Below are positions 60,901 through 64,000 of a stretch of DNA of 64,000 bases, one piece after another. The position numbers were made by a program, and so were the translations under genes. The DNA is from Octopus sinensis (Eukaryota). The notes beneath the pieces were generated by a model. The model did not search any database, was not told where the DNA came from, and worked only from the letters and a program-made list of their open reading frames with translations. Location: positions 372,001 to 436,000 of the forward strand of contig NW_021832224.1 of assembly GCF_006345805.1 (NCBI RefSeq), written 5' to 3'. Each line of letters begins with the position of its first letter. The first letter of the stretch is position 1.

Positions 60901-61730
60901 TCCATGTCACATGTACTGTTCATCTATTACACAATTGTTGTGAGAAAATAAAAGCCTCCTATCCGGAAATTGATTTGATGATTGCTACTGTACAAGCAGC
61001 AATTAACAAGAACAATACAAGAAAACGAATATTTAAAGACAGAAACATCGCCATTCCACCTCGTGTGCATTTGACAAGATGGGGGAGTTGGCTTAAGGCC
61101 GCTACTTACTATTCAGAAAATCTGATCGGAGTACAAAATATTTTCGAATCATTCGCGATGATGGATATCTAGTTCGAACAGCCAAAGAAAGTCTTCGAAA
61201 CCATGTATTAGTGAGCAGTCTATGTGACCTTATCCGAAGCTATTCAAACATTCCAGGTTTTCGAGTAAATGTCGCTATTGCAGATATTATTACGAAATTT
61301 GAAAGTACGCGCTTCACAATTGAACAGGCATATTATTGTTTAGAATCGTTGGAATTTGGGAATGACAACAAATTTATCAAAGCATACATAATTAAAAGGC
61401 TTAAAACAAACGATATTTCGAACATAATTAGAATGACTAATTCACAAATATCTCCTGCCGAGTATGCATTACTTCTGAATTGTCAGCCGACCTCGTGCTC
61501 GGTTGAAAGAACTTTCTCTCTAATAAAGAGTTTTCTAAGATCCAACCGAAATTTTCTACAAGAAAATTTAGAAAATTATGTAATTTGTATGTGCAACAAA
61601 CAGTTTTAGTGTTTTTATTGTTTATTTATAAAGTTAAATTTTTGGGTTAATTTTTTTAGTTTTTAGGTTAATAAAGTTAAAGTTTTTAGGTTAAAATTTT
61701 TATTTTTCAGGTTAAAAAAAAATCGCCCTA
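57925..61730 (+). mobile_element. Decayed CGGBP1-like/DUF659-type hAT-related transposase, split by the 58304-60457 insertion
   Basis: LYCRLCLC...H...KH zinc finger, DIPLNKL..PWL/RELF across the insertion, ADET, LISDAANY, HVTCTVHLLHNCCEKI, TRWGSWL, TSCSVERTFS. Confidence 0.75.
58304..60457 (-). mobile_element. Near full-length hAT (GTF2IRD2/SPIN-like), 2154 bp, 8-bp TSD GCTTAGAG, frameshifted transposase
   Basis: TIRs CAGGGGTCACCAAACT / AGTTTGGTGACGTCTG; SLALDES, TIDGA, HCILHQ, VRWLS, FGTTYQCEQTFS. Confidence 0.95.
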
Positions 61731-61740
61731 CTCATTAGAG

Positions 61741-62841
61741 CAGCGGTTCTCAACCTTTTTTAGACTGGGGACCACTTTTGCACTATAAAATTTTGTGGGG
61801 ACCACCTTAAATAAAATAAACATTTTTTGGTATTAGCGCACAATTTTTGGCCTCGCCAGGGCCAGGTTTAGACATGTTCGAATATTTATTATAAAAATAA
61901 CATGAACATTATGAAAATAACAGAAAATTTAATAGTAATTTAGTGAGATTTCTGATCTTGTTTGCTCAGAATAATTTTACTTATATCAGGCTCTATGTTC
62001 GACAAAGCTACTCGCATATCATCTTGTACCCGTAGTCTATTTCTATATTTTGTTTTTAGAAAAGTCAGACACGACATCGCCATTTCACAGTGATAAGTAG
62101 TGGGGAATGCAAGTATTGATTCCAATGCAGTTTTACTCAAAATGGGGAATTCTTTTGCCATCTGACACCTAACAATAAAAAGTAATTATTAATGAGAATA
62201 CCAAAAATCTAATAATGAAGTACATTTGAAAATAATCTGAGCAGACTGATTACATTGAAGTTCAATCAAGCTCTGCTGAAAATTGAGTTCCTGATATTCT
62301 TTAAATGAGGTCAAGAAAGGTTGAACGATCCAGTTTGGAATTGGGTCTTCAACAGGAATTTTCTGGTGTACAGACTCTTTGTGGCGCCTAAGTTGAGAAG
62401 GTTTCAGTGAATTGTTTCCCAAAATTTTATGGCAAATCATGCATTTTGCCTTTATTTCATTATTTGGGGCAATGAATTTAGTGAATCCAAATTGTACGTA
62501 AGAATCCGACCAAAGACGACGATTCTTGTTAACCATAACTAGAATGATAAACCACGCTAATCAAATCAGATTAATTTCAATGTTTTTGATTTATACTTAA
62601 TTGTACAATTAGTTTTAATTTAATATATTGTTATTTTGCGAAAATTCCTGGGGACCACTAAAAATTTTCTGGGGACCACGATTGAAAACCGCTTGATAAA
62701 TTTCAATGTTTTTGATTTATACTTAATTGTACAATTAGTTTTAACTTTAATATATTTTTATTTTTCGAAAATTCCTGGGGACCACTAAAAATTTTCTGGG
62801 GACCACTAGTGGTCCCCGGGGACCACGGTTGAGAACCGCTG
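61741..62841 (-). mobile_element. hAT (Buster/ZBED8-like) deletion derivative, 1101 bp, 8-bp TSD CATTAGAG, with ~120-bp subterminal tandem duplication
   Basis: TIRs CAGCGGTTCTCAACC / GGTTGAGAACCGCTG; N-terminal CMICH...LRRH fused to C-terminal FPTTYHCE. Confidence 0.95.
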
Positions 62842-64000
62842 CATTAGAGTATATCTCATTCAGCAAACAAACTCGGTTCTTTTGTTTTCTTGATTTCGTT
62901 TGGTTCTTTTTTTTCTTTCTCTTACTCTTTTAATTTATTAACGCGTTTTTATGTGAAAAATAAACAATTCTGTTATACTTTTTTAGTACTTTCAATTCTT
63001 GAGTATTTGCTAATTTCATAAACATTTAAAAATTGTTGATGTTATGACCAAAAATAAATCCTCAGTAAGAACTGTCCCCGTTCGTAATTTCATCGTTTAT
63101 AAAAGATGGTAATTCCCCACATCATTTTCAACTTAAGTCTGGTCATACAAACCATTAATGGCATTTGCATCAGTAAACAATCCTAATCAATCACCACTTT
63201 GCTGCTGAAAGTGGTTAAGCTTTTCAGACGTTATTTGAAAATTTTTCAATTTCAAATAAACAGTTTCCATCTTGATTTGACTTCACACATCTATATCCAG
63301 TAAGCTTCGCATTAAGTCTCCAACGCGAATTGGAATTTCATTTTCTTCCATAAAATTTTTGATAATCAAATAGTTTTCAGCCTTTTGGAGTATAAAAGTC
63401 CAACGGTTATCCATCTATTATAAGTTTTTAAACCAATGGACGCTAATTCACATACATTTTGTTCAATTATTCTTGGATTCCGAATATGAATAGACTTTTT
63501 GTAAAATATTGATGTTTTTGTGCCAACTAAGACAAGATAGCATCAGGATATCAAGGAATATTAATTGAGCTGTATCCGGGAATAGTGATACTTCCAGACT
63601 TCGTCATTTTCTTCTCGTTAATAAACCGTGCTGATAAGAGATGTCAGCTCTGCTGCCTGCTTTTGAAGAAGGTGACTAACCAGGATAACCCTGATTACAT
63701 TTGATTTATTTAATGCTGCTTCCCTCTTTTAGGAAAGCCACCAAACCAAGTAAAAGTTCTGGTCACACTTTTAATAGACCTTTTGAACTGATTAAATCAG
63801 CTTGAAATCGATTTGTCATTGACTTAGCTTTTGAAGTTGACAAAGCCTGCGCAGCTGAGTAAGAGATATATAGTCATTTTTTCTGTCTGTATTCTAACTT
63901 CAGCTGTTTTCCTCACTTTTGGAACGTTCCATTCTGTCTATGGCTTCAGTGCTGCATTTTTATATCCGTTTGGTTGATTTGCTATTTTCGGAAGCTCCCT

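Noticed and set aside
1-64000. Prokaryotic operons, CRISPR arrays or defence systems
   Set aside because: Genes have spliceosomal introns; no regularly spaced repeat-spacer array or cas-like ORF was seen.
62900-64000. Possible LTR-retrotransposon RT/RNase H remnant on the minus strand
   Set aside because: Motifs too degenerate to call.

Overview
AT-rich eukaryotic (very probably metazoan) genomic DNA; no prokaryotic, CRISPR or rRNA features seen. Five host genes were reconstructed by hand and are largely invisible in the ORF track because they are split by ultra-short GT-AG introns (47 of 50 predicted introns are 22-30 nt): an aldo-keto reductase 3' end, DNAJB11/ERdj3, a WD40-repeat protein, an Ig+FN3 surface protein with a GPI-like tail, and OLA1/YchF. 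There is also an intron-containing SKI2-type helicase pseudogene. Most of the rest is nested transposable elements: RLE-type and CRE-like non-LTR retrotransposons, RTE and I/Jockey-like LINEs, Tc1/IS630, pogo, hAT, MULE, and a TIR-bounded rve-integrase element. The best leads are (1) the nano-intron system, including a GA-AG intron candidate in OLA1; (2) a telomere-like (CCCTAA/CCTTTA/CCCCAA) array joined exactly to one copy of a duplicated locus whose other copy lacks it; (3) a tRNA-headed SINE with compensatory stem changes that shares its tail with a local LINE; (4) a TIR-integrase element with no clear TSD. Intron size suggests a dicyemid-like or other reduced parasitic animal (inference only). 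Many 1-nt indels may be assembly errors. Coordinates of decayed elements are approximate.
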